In this document: one piece after another, positions 1 to 9,314 of the stretch
How positions within the stretch are numbered: position 1 is the first letter of the stretch
How the letters are laid out: the number at the start of each line of letters is the position of its first letter
NCBI GenBank assembly: GCA_040377305.1
Contig: JBEIPA010000020.1
Location: forward strand, 1 to 64,000
Origin: Flavobacteriales bacterium
Lineage (GTDB): Bacteria > Bacteroidota > Bacteroidia > Palsa-965
DNA length: 64,000 nt
Reading direction: 5' to 3'
Translations under genes and position numbers: made by a program
Notes under the pieces: generated by a model
The model's input: only the letters and a program-made list of their open reading frames with translations
What the model was told of the DNA's origin: nothing
Database searches by the model: none

Positions 1-433
1 CGGTCAGTAATATCCGATAGCACACATGAATAGTTTTTCAAAACGGATTATCACGATGTATCACAATAGGAGCCAATTGTGTGTTACCAAAGGCAACTCA
101 TGTTTGGCTTCTTTTAGAACCAATCAACCTGATGCAACATAACTGGAGCATCGGTCAGTTATATCCGATAGCACACATGAATAGTTTTTCAAAACGGATT
201 ATCACGATGTAACACAATAGGAGCCAATTGTGTGTTACCAAAGGCAACTCATGTTTGGCTTCTTTTAGAACCAATCAACCTGGCTCAAGATAACCAGAGC
301 ATTGGTCATTAATATCCGATGACACACATGAATAGTGCATCAGTACCGTTTACCCCAATGGCTCCCAGTAGGAGCCAAATGTGTGTTGCCGGAGGCAACA
401 CACCCTTTATCCTTCGACGCTGTAGGCGTCGAA
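1..433. repeat. 151-bp tandem repeat array (2 near-identical copies + 1 diverged copy) of REP-like palindromic units; may continue beyond the window edge
   Basis: Units start at 1, 152 and 303 (yGGTCAkTwATATCCGAT..CACACATGAATAG); each has a TAGGAGCCAA..GTGTGTT.CC..GGCAAC hairpin; ends with TTCGACGC-TGTAG-GCGTCGAA hairpin at 413-433. Confidence 0.9.
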
Positions 434-453
434 CATCACCTTATATTTGATTC

Positions 454-1791
454 ATGCAACGCAAGCTCGGCCAATTCGACTTGACCATGATTGTCATATC
501 ATTGGTAATCGGCATGGGAATATTCAAGTCGCCCGTTCTTGTAGCTGCCGGAGCGTTGACCCCTGGTATTTTTTATGCCGCGTGGATTATTGGCGGTGTA
601 ATTGCGCTGTGCGGTGCTCTGACATTTGCAGAAATCGGTTCCCGGCTTCCGGTGAGCGGTGGCTATTACCGGATCTTCTCGTATTGCTTTCACCCATCGT
701 TTGCATTCATTCTCAATTGCACCATTCTTGTATCGAATGCTGCATCGGTTGCAGCCGTGGCGTTAATTGGTGCTGAATACATCGGAGGAATGTTCTTTGC
801 GCCGAATGATCCGAACATTGAAAAATATCGCGTGTGGATTGCCGGAGTTCAAATTCTGTTGTTCTTTGGATTGAACCTCAAAGGAATCAAGACGAGTGCG
901 AGAATGCTCAACATCCTAACCCTGTTCAAAATAGGTGTTGTGCTCCTTCTGTGCGTTGCAATTTTCAATCCATCAACAGAATACTTTGGAGATCCGTGGA
1001 CGGAAATGAGTACAAAGAATCCCGATCCTTCCTGGACACAATGGATAATGTCGCTTGGTATTTGCCTGATTCCTGTTTCATTTACCTACGGCGGATACCA
1101 GCAAACAATCAATTTCGGTGGCGATGTACTGAATGCTCCGAAAGTAATGCCACGGGGAATTATTCTTGGAATCGTTGGAGTAGTTGTGCTCTATCTCACC
1201 ATCAATTACGCGTACATGCATTCAATTCAGTTTGAAAATCTGGGAACAGCCGAGAATATTGGGTCGACACTCGCTTACAAGGTACTAGGCGGAATGGGAC
1301 GCAAACTCTTCACTGTCGTTTTCTTTATCGCGGTATTGGCTTATGTGAATGTTGGACTGATGTCAAATCCGCGTGTGATTCAGGCCATGGGTGAAGAAGG
1401 TGTTCTTCCTCGTTTTTTCTCGAAGACAGACAGCAAATACGGAGTGCCGGTAAATGCATTGATTGTTTTCTCCGCGATGTGTTTCGGAATTCTATTCTTC
1501 GCCAAGGCATTCGATAAAATCGTGAACTATGTTATCTTCCTCGATTCACTGGGATTGGTCGCAGCAGCCGCAACATTGTTCGTTCTTCGAAAAAGGAAGA
1601 CAGGAGAAGACCTTAACGTGTACAAGATGAAACTCTTTCCGATTGCGCCTCTATTCTTCATGATAGCCTATCTCTTTGTCACATACAGCATCATCATGAA
1701 AGAGCCAATATCTGTGTTGTATGGATGCTATGTCGTGCTGTTTTTTCTGATTGTATATTTCGTTCTGAAAGTCACGAACAAACATGCTTAA
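454..1791 (+). CDS. APC-family amino acid permease
   Basis: 445 aa, about 12 hydrophobic segments, IGMGIF TM1 motif, AEIGSRLPVSGGYY and FTYGGY motifs. Confidence 0.9.
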   Translation: MQRKLGQFDLTMIVISLVIGMGIFKSPVLVAAGALTPGIFYAAWIIGGVIALCGALTFAEIGSRLPVSGGYYRIFSYCFHPSFAFILNCTILVSNAASVAAVALIGAEYIGGMFFAPNDPNIEKYRVWIAGVQILLFFGLNLKGIKTSARMLNILTLFKIGVVLLLCVAIFNPSTEYFGDPWTEMSTKNPDPSWTQWIMSLGICLIPVSFTYGGYQQTINFGGDVLNAPKVMPRGIILGIVGVVVLYLTINYAYMHSIQFENLGTAENIGSTLAYKVLGGMGRKLFTVVFFIAVLAYVNVGLMSNPRVIQAMGEEGVLPRFFSKTDSKYGVPVNALIVFSAMCFGILFFAKAFDKIVNYVIFLDSLGLVAAAATLFVLRKRKTGEDLNVYKMKLFPIAPLFFMIAYLFVTYSIIMKEPISVLYGCYVVLFFLIVYFVLKVTNKHA

Positions 1792-2260
1792 CGAAGATTG
1801 CTACCGTCTACTGGGAGTTTCTCCCGATGCTAATGAGAAAACCATTCGCAAAGCGTACCGCGATCGTTCGAAAGAACTACATCCGGATGTGAATCCATCT
1901 TCTGATGCGGCGCAACAATTCTCAAAGCTTTCCGCAGCACAGTCTACTCTACTCGACCCTGTTTCACGTCTGAAGCACGATGATCATTTCGGCTACAATA
2001 AAACCACGCGCAATCAGGATGCGAATGCAAAACAGAAGTTCTCGGATTATCAGAAGGAGAAGGCGGAAACACTCGTCAAAGAATGGTCGACTGACTACGA
2101 AAAAGCCATGGGCATGCGTGAACAGCAGCGCTCACTGCATTTAACGAAACACAAACGTAAAATGAAGCTAATCGTGGTGATACTAATTATGTTCCTCACA
2201 CTTACACTTGGGTTCGTTGCTTTTCTTTTCTTCGGTGGAGATTTCTTTGCGATGCGTTAA
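1784..2260 (+). CDS. J-domain (DnaJ type III) protein with C-terminal membrane anchor
   Basis: YRLLGV...IRKAYR...HPDVN J-domain; hydrophobic C-terminal helix; overlaps permease stop. Confidence 0.85.
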   Translation: MLNEDCYRLLGVSPDANEKTIRKAYRDRSKELHPDVNPSSDAAQQFSKLSAAQSTLLDPVSRLKHDDHFGYNKTTRNQDANAKQKFSDYQKEKAETLVKEWSTDYEKAMGMREQQRSLHLTKHKRKMKLIVVILIMFLTLTLGFVAFLFFGGDFFAMR

Positions 2261-2304
2261 GTATCTTTTATTATTGAATGGGTTATACAGACACAACACT
2301 TTCC

Positions 2305-3024
2305 ATGAATCGGTCCTTCCTCGTTGTTCTAATCCTTTGTCTTCACACACTAGTAGTGCGCGCGCAGGATTATAACCCCGTAATCTTTCTGTATGACGCG
2401 TCAACATCGGTTGTCATACCAGGAGCACGAGTGACTGTACGCGATACTTCAAGTTTGATTATATCCCAAGGCTACACGAGTAAATACGGTTTTTTTGAAT
2501 TCAGTACGCACAATATTGTCGTAGATATTAGTATCGACAGTGTACCCGAACGGTGCGATGGAACGAATTTGAATTTGCGAAAGAGATGCAATTTGGTTAA
2601 TGAAGCAGATACCATTGTACTTCGTCCCGCTCACGGATGGATACATTGTGAGTTTCCACCTTTAATCTTCAAAGAAGGCTCAACCCTGTTTGCGACCAAT
2701 GAACAGACCACCGAGTACTGTGACCTTGCAGTTCAGGATTCAATCTGTCCCGGATTTAAGTCACTTCAATATTTCTATTGGCAATACACCTGCTATCCAT
2801 TCAAAAGATTAGAAATACGGAGCTATTACACCAGCGCTGAAGATGATTCTCTGGCACAACAACGTTCACAATTAGTGCAGAATTACTTTCTGTCCATGGG
2901 TGCGAAGGAGGTTGAGTTCACAACTACTCCCATTCTCTACCCAACTCGTCCAATAAAAAACTCGGATGGTTCATGGCGTGAAGAAGAAATTGCTTTAATA
3001 CAATTCAGAATCCTTGGATATTAA
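2305..3024 (+). CDS. secreted hypothetical protein (N-terminal carboxypeptidase-regulatory-like domain, C-terminal degenerate OmpA-like segment)
   Basis: Signal peptide from ATG 2305; IPGARVTV...TSKYGFF pattern; LAQQRSQLVQNYFLSMG resembles the OmpA_C helix. Confidence 0.5.
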   Translation: MNRSFLVVLILCLHTLVVRAQDYNPVIFLYDASTSVVIPGARVTVRDTSSLIISQGYTSKYGFFEFSTHNIVVDISIDSVPERCDGTNLNLRKRCNLVNEADTIVLRPAHGWIHCEFPPLIFKEGSTLFATNEQTTEYCDLAVQDSICPGFKSLQYFYWQYTCYPFKRLEIRSYYTSAEDDSLAQQRSQLVQNYFLSMGAKEVEFTTTPILYPTRPIKNSDGSWREEEIALIQFRILGY

Positions 3025-3539
3025 TAAGCCCCATTTCTCGAACCACTGATCGTCACATCCACACTTACCAATTTGAGAAATTCCGGTGTGATGTAGAACT
3101 CATATACGTCGTTGTATAGATTTCCGAAAGTATCTGCATCATAAATCTCAATGTAGATATCCTCTGTCCTCCATTTAGCGTGAACCGGTTCGGTATTGAA
3201 TCCAGGAAGTATGGCTTTACCGTTGCTCATGAGTTGGAACGTTTCTGTTCTCCCTCGTTTGAAGTCGGTTCTGACTCCCAGACTGTTTGGCTGCAAACGT
3301 GTAACTCCATCAACCATGATCGTATCAGCGCACCAAACTGTTTCAGTGAGCGTCTGGTACTCTGTTGAGCGCTTCATTCTCGCAAGTCCGTACGCAGTTG
3401 CCGCAGAAATAATCACCACGAGGATGAAAACTTTTGCAGCCATGTGTTGCTTCCCGTACCACGGAACTGCAGCAGATGTACGCTCAAATTGTTCGACGAT
3501 AGATGGACCTTGTTCTTCCACAGTGCGAAAATACGACAA
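3021..3539 (-). CDS. hypothetical single-pass membrane protein
   Basis: 172-aa ORF filling the gap between convergent and divergent genes; one TM followed by a beta-rich domain; start uncertain. Confidence 0.55.
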   Translation of the reverse strand: MSYFRTVEEQGPSIVEQFERTSAAVPWYGKQHMAAKVFILVVIISAATAYGLARMKRSTEYQTLTETVWCADTIMVDGVTRLQPNSLGVRTDFKRGRTETFQLMSNGKAILPGFNTEPVHAKWRTEDIYIEIYDADTFGNLYNDVYEFYITPEFLKLVSVDVTISGSRNGAY

Positions 3540-3634
3540 CCTGTCAGAAAGTGGTCAAAATTCCACTGATAAAGGTGGAAATATGCAACTCCTAAAACAT
3601 GTAAACGCGTACCTTACCAACTTAAATTTTTCCT

Positions 3635-6600
3635 ATGAAGAAGTGTTTATTGACCCTCGCGGCAGGTTTAACAATCGGAGTTGGTTTTGCGCAGGACGGA
3701 ATGACCTTTGCCGTTGATTTTACAACCGGCGTTGAAAGTTTCATACTGAAGTCGAATCCATGGATTGCAGGCAGTGCAACACCAGAAGAAATTGTGAACG
3801 GGCGTTTCTATCGTCATGCACATTTCACAACACTTCCGAATAGTGCGGAGCGTGCTTCACTGGCTGCTCAAGGTATTAATATTCTATACTTCGAAAGTGG
3901 AACAACGTATGTTGCTTCAATTGCAGCAGGGACTACTTTCCCGATCCAGAATACAAATCTCGCCGGACTTTCAAAAATCAGCGCGCGCGGAAAAATGTTG
4001 CATGAGTTGGATTTCTCGCTCAATGTAAAAGCATTCATGCCTTATACAATGAACGAACAAGGGTTGATCGGAATTACGTTCATGTATTACGAGGATATTC
4101 CGCATCAGTTCGTGATGGATCAATTGACAACACTTGGATTTGAAGTAACGTATGCGAATCCAAACAGCCATCGGGTTACGGCGTGGATGAAGCAGGAAGA
4201 TATCTATAGTTTCTGTGCGAAACCGTTCGTGAGTTTCGCCGAATTGATTGATGATGTTGCACAACCAGATAACAATCCTGGTCGCACAAGTCACCGAGTA
4301 AACTGGATGGCACAGGATTTTCCGGGTGGCAATATGTACAATGGTGCTGGCGTCAACGTGATGTTACAGGACGATGGTTATGTTGGTCCGCACATTGATT
4401 ACACAGGACGCCTGACTCAATTTATTACAAGTAATATTGGAAATCACGGTGATCATTGTGGTGGAACGATTGCCGGTGGAGGAAATAAAGATCCGTTAAC
4501 CCGCGGTATGGGTTGGGGCGCGCACCTGAATGTATATGGAGCTGTTCCATATACAGGTTGGGATAGCATCTACACACATTACTTTACACGCGACATCACG
4601 ATTATCTCAACCAGCTATAGCGATGGTTGTAATGCAGGTTACACCACACTTTCCCGCGAAATGGATCAGATGGCCAATGACATGCCTAATCTGATCAACG
4701 TATTCTCTGCCGGCAATAATGGTGGAGTGGATTGTCAGTATGGCGCCGGTGCGTCTTACGGAAACGTAACTGGTGGACACAAACATTCGAAGAATTCAAT
4801 TGCAGTTGGAAATTTGGATTACCTGGACAACCTGAACAATTCCTCCAGCGTTGGTCCTGTTCACGACGGTCGCATGAAGCCTGAAGTATGTGCAGTTGGA
4901 ACACAAGTGAATTCAACGATCGATCCGAATACGTATGCGCAGTTCACCGGTACATCCATGTCTTGTCCTGCTGTAGCCGGAACATTCAGTTGTATGTCGC
5001 AGGCTTACCGTGAAATTCACGGATCAACTCCTAAGTCGGGACTGATGAAAGCTGTGATGATGAATACATGCGATGATCTGGAAAATCCAGGTCCCGATTT
5101 CAGGACTGGTTATGGACGTATCAATGCCCGTCGTGCGCTGGAAGTAATCGAAGCCGCAAACTTCATCACCGACTCAATTGACAACGCACAAACGAATACA
5201 CACACAATTACTGTTCCTGCCGGAGTTGGTCAGTTGAAAGTTCTTGTTTACTGGCACGATGCTCCGGCTGCAGTGAATGCAAACGTTGCTTTGGTGAATA
5301 ACATCAACATGACACTTACAACACCAGCGTCGACCGTATTGAATCCTTGGGTGTTGGATTATTCTCCAACTGTTGCTGCTCTCAGCGCGAATGCCGTACC
5401 GGGAATTGACATTCGTAATAATCATGAGCAAGTTACATTGCCAAATCCTGCTGCAGGAACATACACCGTGACATTAAACGGTGCTGCAATTCCAAGCGGA
5501 CCGCAAACATATTTCGTCACCTGGTATTTCGAGCCATTGGATGAACTCGTTATGATTCATCCGAACGGCGGAGAAGGATTTGCTCCGGGAGAAGGACAAA
5601 CCATTCGTTGGGATGCACAGAATCTATTGACAACCGTTTCGCTTGAATACACTGCGGATGGCGGAGCAACATGGAATCCGGTTGCAAGCAATTTGCCTGC
5701 TGCAAACCTCGCTTATGGCTGGACAGTTCCTGCAGGATTGAGCGGAGTTTGTCGCGTGAGAATTTTCTCTAATACAGCAGCTGATACGAGCGATGCCGAT
5801 TTCACAATCGCGGCAATTCCGGCGAACGTGAATGTTGCCTGGGCGTGTCCTGATTCATTGTGTCTGAAGTGGGATACTGTTGCCGGTGGAACTTCGTATG
5901 ATGTATTCATGCTCGGTGCAGTTTACATGGACTCTGTGGCGAATTCAACGACAGATAGTGTTGTGATCACTGGTCTTAATAACATCACAAACACGTATTG
6001 GTTATCTGTTCGTACACGCTATGCACCTACAAATGGAATTGGACGCCGTGCAATTGCAATCGAGAAAACACCGGGCGTATTCTGTCCGGGATCATACGAT
6101 GCTTCTGTTTCAGATGCTGATTCTCCGTTACAGAATTATGTGAGCTGTATGACGCTGACGAATGTTCCTGTTGTGGTTGACATTACCAATCCGGGACTAA
6201 CTTCGTTAACGAATATTCCCGTGTCATTCTCTTACGATGGAGGAACACCTGTAACTGAAACATTCGCAGGTCCGGTTGCGCCGTTGAGTACTTCCACGTA
6301 CACATTTACTGCAACAGTAAATATTGGTGCAGCAGGAAATCACACATTGGAATCATGGACAACGTATCCAAGTGATATTGCGTCGAACAACGATACGCTT
6401 ACGATGTCGATCAATCACTTCACAAATACAACGGTTGTTCCTCCGTTCTCACAAAACTTTGAAACGTTTGCTACCTGCGGAATTTCAAACGATTGTGGAG
6501 CGACAAATTGCGCTATGATTGCAGGCTGGTACAACATTCCGAATGGTGAAGGTGATGATATTGACTGGAGAACAGACGAAGGTGGAACGATTACTTCAAA

Positions 6601-7258
6601 CACAGGTCCATCCAACGATTTCAATCCGGGAACAGGAACAGGAAACTATTTGTATCTCGAAGCTTCGGCGTGTGAATATGCAACCGCAGAACTGATGAGT
6701 CCTTGTATTGATCTTACGACGTTCCAGAATCCGCGTTTGTTGTTTGGATATCATATGTACGGAAGCGGAATGGGTTCACTGAACATTGATATTTATTCGA
6801 ATGGTCAATGGATCAACAATTTCTACGTGCGAAACGGAAGTCAGAGTCAGAATTGGTTGCAGGCAAACGTGAATCTTGCACAGTTCATAGGACAAACAAT
6901 TATCGTTCGTTTTCGTGGCGTTACAGGCACGGGAGGCTTAAGCGACATGGCCATTGACTTTGTGCGCGTGGAGGACCCTACGTCTACACCAGAGTATAAT
7001 GCAGCCGGACTGGTAAACGTGTATCCGAATCCTGCACAAGGCATTTTCAACTTCTCTGCAGAAGGATTGAACAACGAAGCGATTTCGGCTACGGTCTACG
7101 ACATCAGTGGTCGTGTGGTATTCGCACAAAACTACGGTGAACAATACGGCACTTTCCAAAATGTGATTGATCTCTCCGGATTCGCAAATGGAACCTATTT
7201 CCTCGAAGTTAAAATCGGGGAAGCGGTTTCTACTCAGCGATTGGTGAAGGAAGAATAA
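3635..7258 (+). CDS. S8 subtilisin-family serine peptidase with MAM-like domain and T9SS C-terminal sorting domain
   Basis: Signal peptide; DDG, HGDHCGG, AGN and GTSMSCP catalytic motifs; DDIDW...GNYLYLEAS...YHMYG MAM pattern; VYPNP...YDISGR...GTYF CTD. Confidence 0.92.
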   Translation: MKKCLLTLAAGLTIGVGFAQDGMTFAVDFTTGVESFILKSNPWIAGSATPEEIVNGRFYRHAHFTTLPNSAERASLAAQGINILYFESGTTYVASIAAGTTFPIQNTNLAGLSKISARGKMLHELDFSLNVKAFMPYTMNEQGLIGITFMYYEDIPHQFVMDQLTTLGFEVTYANPNSHRVTAWMKQEDIYSFCAKPFVSFAELIDDVAQPDNNPGRTSHRVNWMAQDFPGGNMYNGAGVNVMLQDDGYVGPHIDYTGRLTQFITSNIGNHGDHCGGTIAGGGNKDPLTRGMGWGAHLNVYGAVPYTGWDSIYTHYFTRDITIISTSYSDGCNAGYTTLSREMDQMANDMPNLINVFSAGNNGGVDCQYGAGASYGNVTGGHKHSKNSIAVGNLDYLDNLNNSSSVGPVHDGRMKPEVCAVGTQVNSTIDPNTYAQFTGTSMSCPAVAGTFSCMSQAYREIHGSTPKSGLMKAVMMNTCDDLENPGPDFRTGYGRINARRALEVIEAANFITDSIDNAQTNTHTITVPAGVGQLKVLVYWHDAPAAVNANVALVNNINMTLTTPASTVLNPWVLDYSPTVAALSANAVPGIDIRNNHEQVTLPNPAAGTYTVTLNGAAIPSGPQTYFVTWYFEPLDELVMIHPNGGEGFAPGEGQTIRWDAQNLLTTVSLEYTADGGATWNPVASNLPAANLAYGWTVPAGLSGVCRVRIFSNTAADTSDADFTIAAIPANVNVAWACPDSLCLKWDTVAGGTSYDVFMLGAVYMDSVANSTTDSVVITGLNNITNTYWLSVRTRYAPTNGIGRRAIAIEKTPGVFCPGSYDASVSDADSPLQNYVSCMTLTNVPVVVDITNPGLTSLTNIPVSFSYDGGTPVTETFAGPVAPLSTSTYTFTATVNIGAAGNHTLESWTTYPSDIASNNDTLTMSINHFTNTTVVPPFSQNFETFATCGISNDCGATNCAMIAGWYNIPNGEGDDIDWRTDEGGTITSNTGPSNDFNPGTGTGNYLYLEASACEYATAELMSPCIDLTTFQNPRLLFGYHMYGSGMGSLNIDIYSNGQWINNFYVRNGSQSQNWLQANVNLAQFIGQTIIVRFRGVTGTGGLSDMAIDFVRVEDPTSTPEYNAAGLVNVYPNPAQGIFNFSAEGLNNEAISATVYDISGRVVFAQNYGEQYGTFQNVIDLSGFANGTYFLEVKIGEAVSTQRLVKEE

Positions 7259-7267
7259 TCACTCTTC

Positions 7268-7284
7268 TTTACATAATCTTTATA
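7268..7284 (+). promoter_or_regulatory. putative KdpE-type box upstream of kdpD/kdpE
   Basis: TTTACA-TAATC-TTTATA, same half-sites and 5-bp spacer as the E. coli KdpE site TTTATA-CTTTT-TTTACA; TAACTTTG -7 element at 7295-7302. Confidence 0.55.
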
Positions 7285-7289
7285 CGATT

Positions 7290-7324
7290 CGCGATAACTT
7301 TGCACTGTGAAGTTATCGCGTTTT
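7290..7324 (+). terminator. intrinsic terminator candidate for the S8 gene, overlapping the kdpD promoter and start
   Basis: Perfect 11-bp IR CGCGATAACTT/AAGTTATCGCG (7290-7300/7310-7320) followed by TTTT. Confidence 0.6.
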
Positions 7325-8383
7325 CGTAAAGTGCATATTGGTTTACAGCTGACGATCAGTCTGGCGTTAATTGCGGTAATTGCAGTTCCGTCTTATTTTA
7401 TGTCAGATCTGATCGGATATCGCGTTGTAGCACTGCTGTTGCTGTTCGGGGTTTCTGTTCTGGCAATGCTGTTTGAAATCATTCCTGTTCTAATCACTGC
7501 GGTAGTAAGTGCGTTTGTCTGGAACTTCTTTTTCATTCCGCCAATATTCACTTTGCACATCGGCCAAACGGAAGATGCGCTTATGGCACTGATGTATATC
7601 GCGGTTGCGTTGATCAACGTAGTACTGACCACAAAAATCAGACAGTTTGAAAAGGGCGCCAGTGAAAAGGAAGAAAAAGAAAAGGCGATCAAGTTGTACA
7701 ATACACTTCTCAATTCTTTGTCGCATGAATTGAGAACACCCATTGCCACTGTGATTGGTGCAGCAGATACCATTCGTGAAAACGATGACAAACTCACCGA
7801 TAAGCAAAAACGCGAGTTGATCACAGAAATCGGAATTGCAGGCGGGCGTTTGAACCGACAGGTTGAAAATCTCCTGAACATGAGTAGACTCGAATCAGGA
7901 ACGCTCATGCTCAAACGTGATTGGTGCGATGTCAACGAATTGATCTATTCAATTATAGAAGACAACCGCAGCATTTCCCAACATCACCAGGTTGCTTTTA
8001 TTCCCAATGAAAAACTTCCCTTATTCCGTTTGGATCGGGGATTACTTGAACAGGTTATTCAGAATATCTTTCACAACGCCATTCAGCACACTTCTCCGGA
8101 TACAACGATTCAGTTTAAAGCTGTTCAGGACGGAGACAGTTGCATCATTGAAATTAGCGACAATGGCAAAGGATTTCCGGAGGATGAAATCAAGAATGTT
8201 TTTGAGAAATTTTATCGGCTACCACAAACTGCAACTGGCGGCACCGGTTTGGGATTGTCTATTGCGAAAGGTTATGTCACTGCGCATGGTGGAACAATCA
8301 GACTTGTCAATGGTTCAGATGGCGGTGCAAAATTCACGATCGTGATTCCCGCAGAAGCGTCTACAATAAAATTACAATCATGA
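7307..8383 (+). CDS. kdpD: KdpD-like sensor histidine kinase, minimal form (DUF4118-type 4TM + HisKA + HATPase)
   Basis: NFFFIPP TM motif, SHELRTP H-box, DNGKG and GGTGLGL G-boxes; no N-terminal KdpD/Usp or GAF domain. Confidence 0.85.
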   Translation: MKLSRFRKVHIGLQLTISLALIAVIAVPSYFMSDLIGYRVVALLLLFGVSVLAMLFEIIPVLITAVVSAFVWNFFFIPPIFTLHIGQTEDALMALMYIAVALINVVLTTKIRQFEKGASEKEEKEKAIKLYNTLLNSLSHELRTPIATVIGAADTIRENDDKLTDKQKRELITEIGIAGGRLNRQVENLLNMSRLESGTLMLKRDWCDVNELIYSIIEDNRSISQHHQVAFIPNEKLPLFRLDRGLLEQVIQNIFHNAIQHTSPDTTIQFKAVQDGDSCIIEISDNGKGFPEDEIKNVFEKFYRLPQTATGGTGLGLSIAKGYVTAHGGTIRLVNGSDGGAKFTIVIPAEASTIKLQS

Positions 8384-9081
8384 GCACTTCATCTTCCCTC
8401 AGTACAAGTTCAGCTGAGATCTTAGTAATCGACGATGAGCCTCAAATCAGGAAACTGCTGCAGATAACTCTCGACAGCAATAACTACAAAGTAAATCTGG
8501 CAGCGACCGGTAAAGAAGGGCTCATACTCGCTGCAAATCATCCTCCGGCGTTAATACTTCTTGACATTGGATTACCTGATATCAGCGGACATGAAGTGCT
8601 GAAACAGTTACGCGAATGGTTTACACATCCGATCATTATTCTTTCGGTACAAAACAGTGAACAGGATATTGTAACGGCTCTCGATAACGGCGCCACCGAC
8701 TATCTTTCCAAACCATTCCGCACCGGTGAGTTGATGGCGCGTATCCGGTCTTCACTCCGACATAGTCAAAGTGATAATCTCTCGTCGATAATTACTGTTG
8801 GTGATTTACAACTTGACATCGTGGCACGTGTTCTCCGGAAAAACGGCGAAGTTGTCAAACTCACAGCCACAGAATACAATTTGATTTCGTTGTTTGTACG
8901 CAACGAAGGGAAAGTGCTGACGCATCAATATATCCTGCGTGAAATCTGGGGAGTAGGATTTCAATCGGAGACGCAATACCTCCGCGTATTCGTTGCCCAA
9001 CTCCGGAAAAAGATTGAAGACAATCATAACCATCCAAAGCATATCGTTACCGAAAGTGGCGTTGGGTATAGGTTCTGTTAA
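8380..9081 (+). CDS. kdpE: KdpE-like OmpR-family response regulator
   Basis: ILVIDDE, LLDIGLPD, KPF receiver motifs; VLTHQYIL..WG...YLRVFVAQLRKKIE and TESGVGYR effector motifs typical of KdpE. Confidence 0.92.
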   Translation: MSTSSSLSTSSAEILVIDDEPQIRKLLQITLDSNNYKVNLAATGKEGLILAANHPPALILLDIGLPDISGHEVLKQLREWFTHPIIILSVQNSEQDIVTALDNGATDYLSKPFRTGELMARIRSSLRHSQSDNLSSIITVGDLQLDIVARVLRKNGEVVKLTATEYNLISLFVRNEGKVLTHQYILREIWGVGFQSETQYLRVFVAQLRKKIEDNHNHPKHIVTESGVGYRFC

Positions 9082-9221
9082 TTGCCATCTCTCGGTACAC
9101 CTAAACCCTATTGAAGAAACTTATTGTGGAGGTTACTCGACATGACAATGTGTGACTTGTCATGCCGAGTAAGCTCCTCCATCTGGTTTGCCAGTATTAA
9201 AGCTGTACCGAGGAATGACAA
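9082..9221. repeat. nested REP-like palindrome (TGTCAT..CGAG / CTCG..ATGACA type)
   Basis: Outer imperfect IR 9082-9099/9204-9221, inner IR 9128-9148/9157-9177. Confidence 0.7.
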
Positions 9222-9228
9222 CCCCGTC

Positions 9229-9245
9229 TTTATAAAATCTTTACA
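9229..9245 (+). promoter_or_regulatory. KdpE box upstream of the first kup gene
   Basis: TTTATA-AAATC-TTTACA matches both half-sites and spacing of the E. coli KdpE site; degenerate -7 element GACCTTTG near 9288. Confidence 0.7.
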
Positions 9246-9314
9246 CCTTCTTCTCACACTTTAATTCGGCACTGATGTCCACCTCGAGACCTTTGTATTG
9301 CAATAACGCAATTT

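Noticed and set aside
1-433. CRISPR array
   Set aside because: Whole 151-bp units repeat, with no unique spacers, and no cas genes are nearby.
3196-3717. Plus-strand 173-aa ORF and other antisense or nested ORFs in the track
   Set aside because: They overlap better-supported genes and show no protein-like motifs.
9082-9310. c-di-AMP (ydaO) riboswitch upstream of kup
   Set aside because: Conserved ydaO core motifs are absent; the structure is better explained as a REP doublet.
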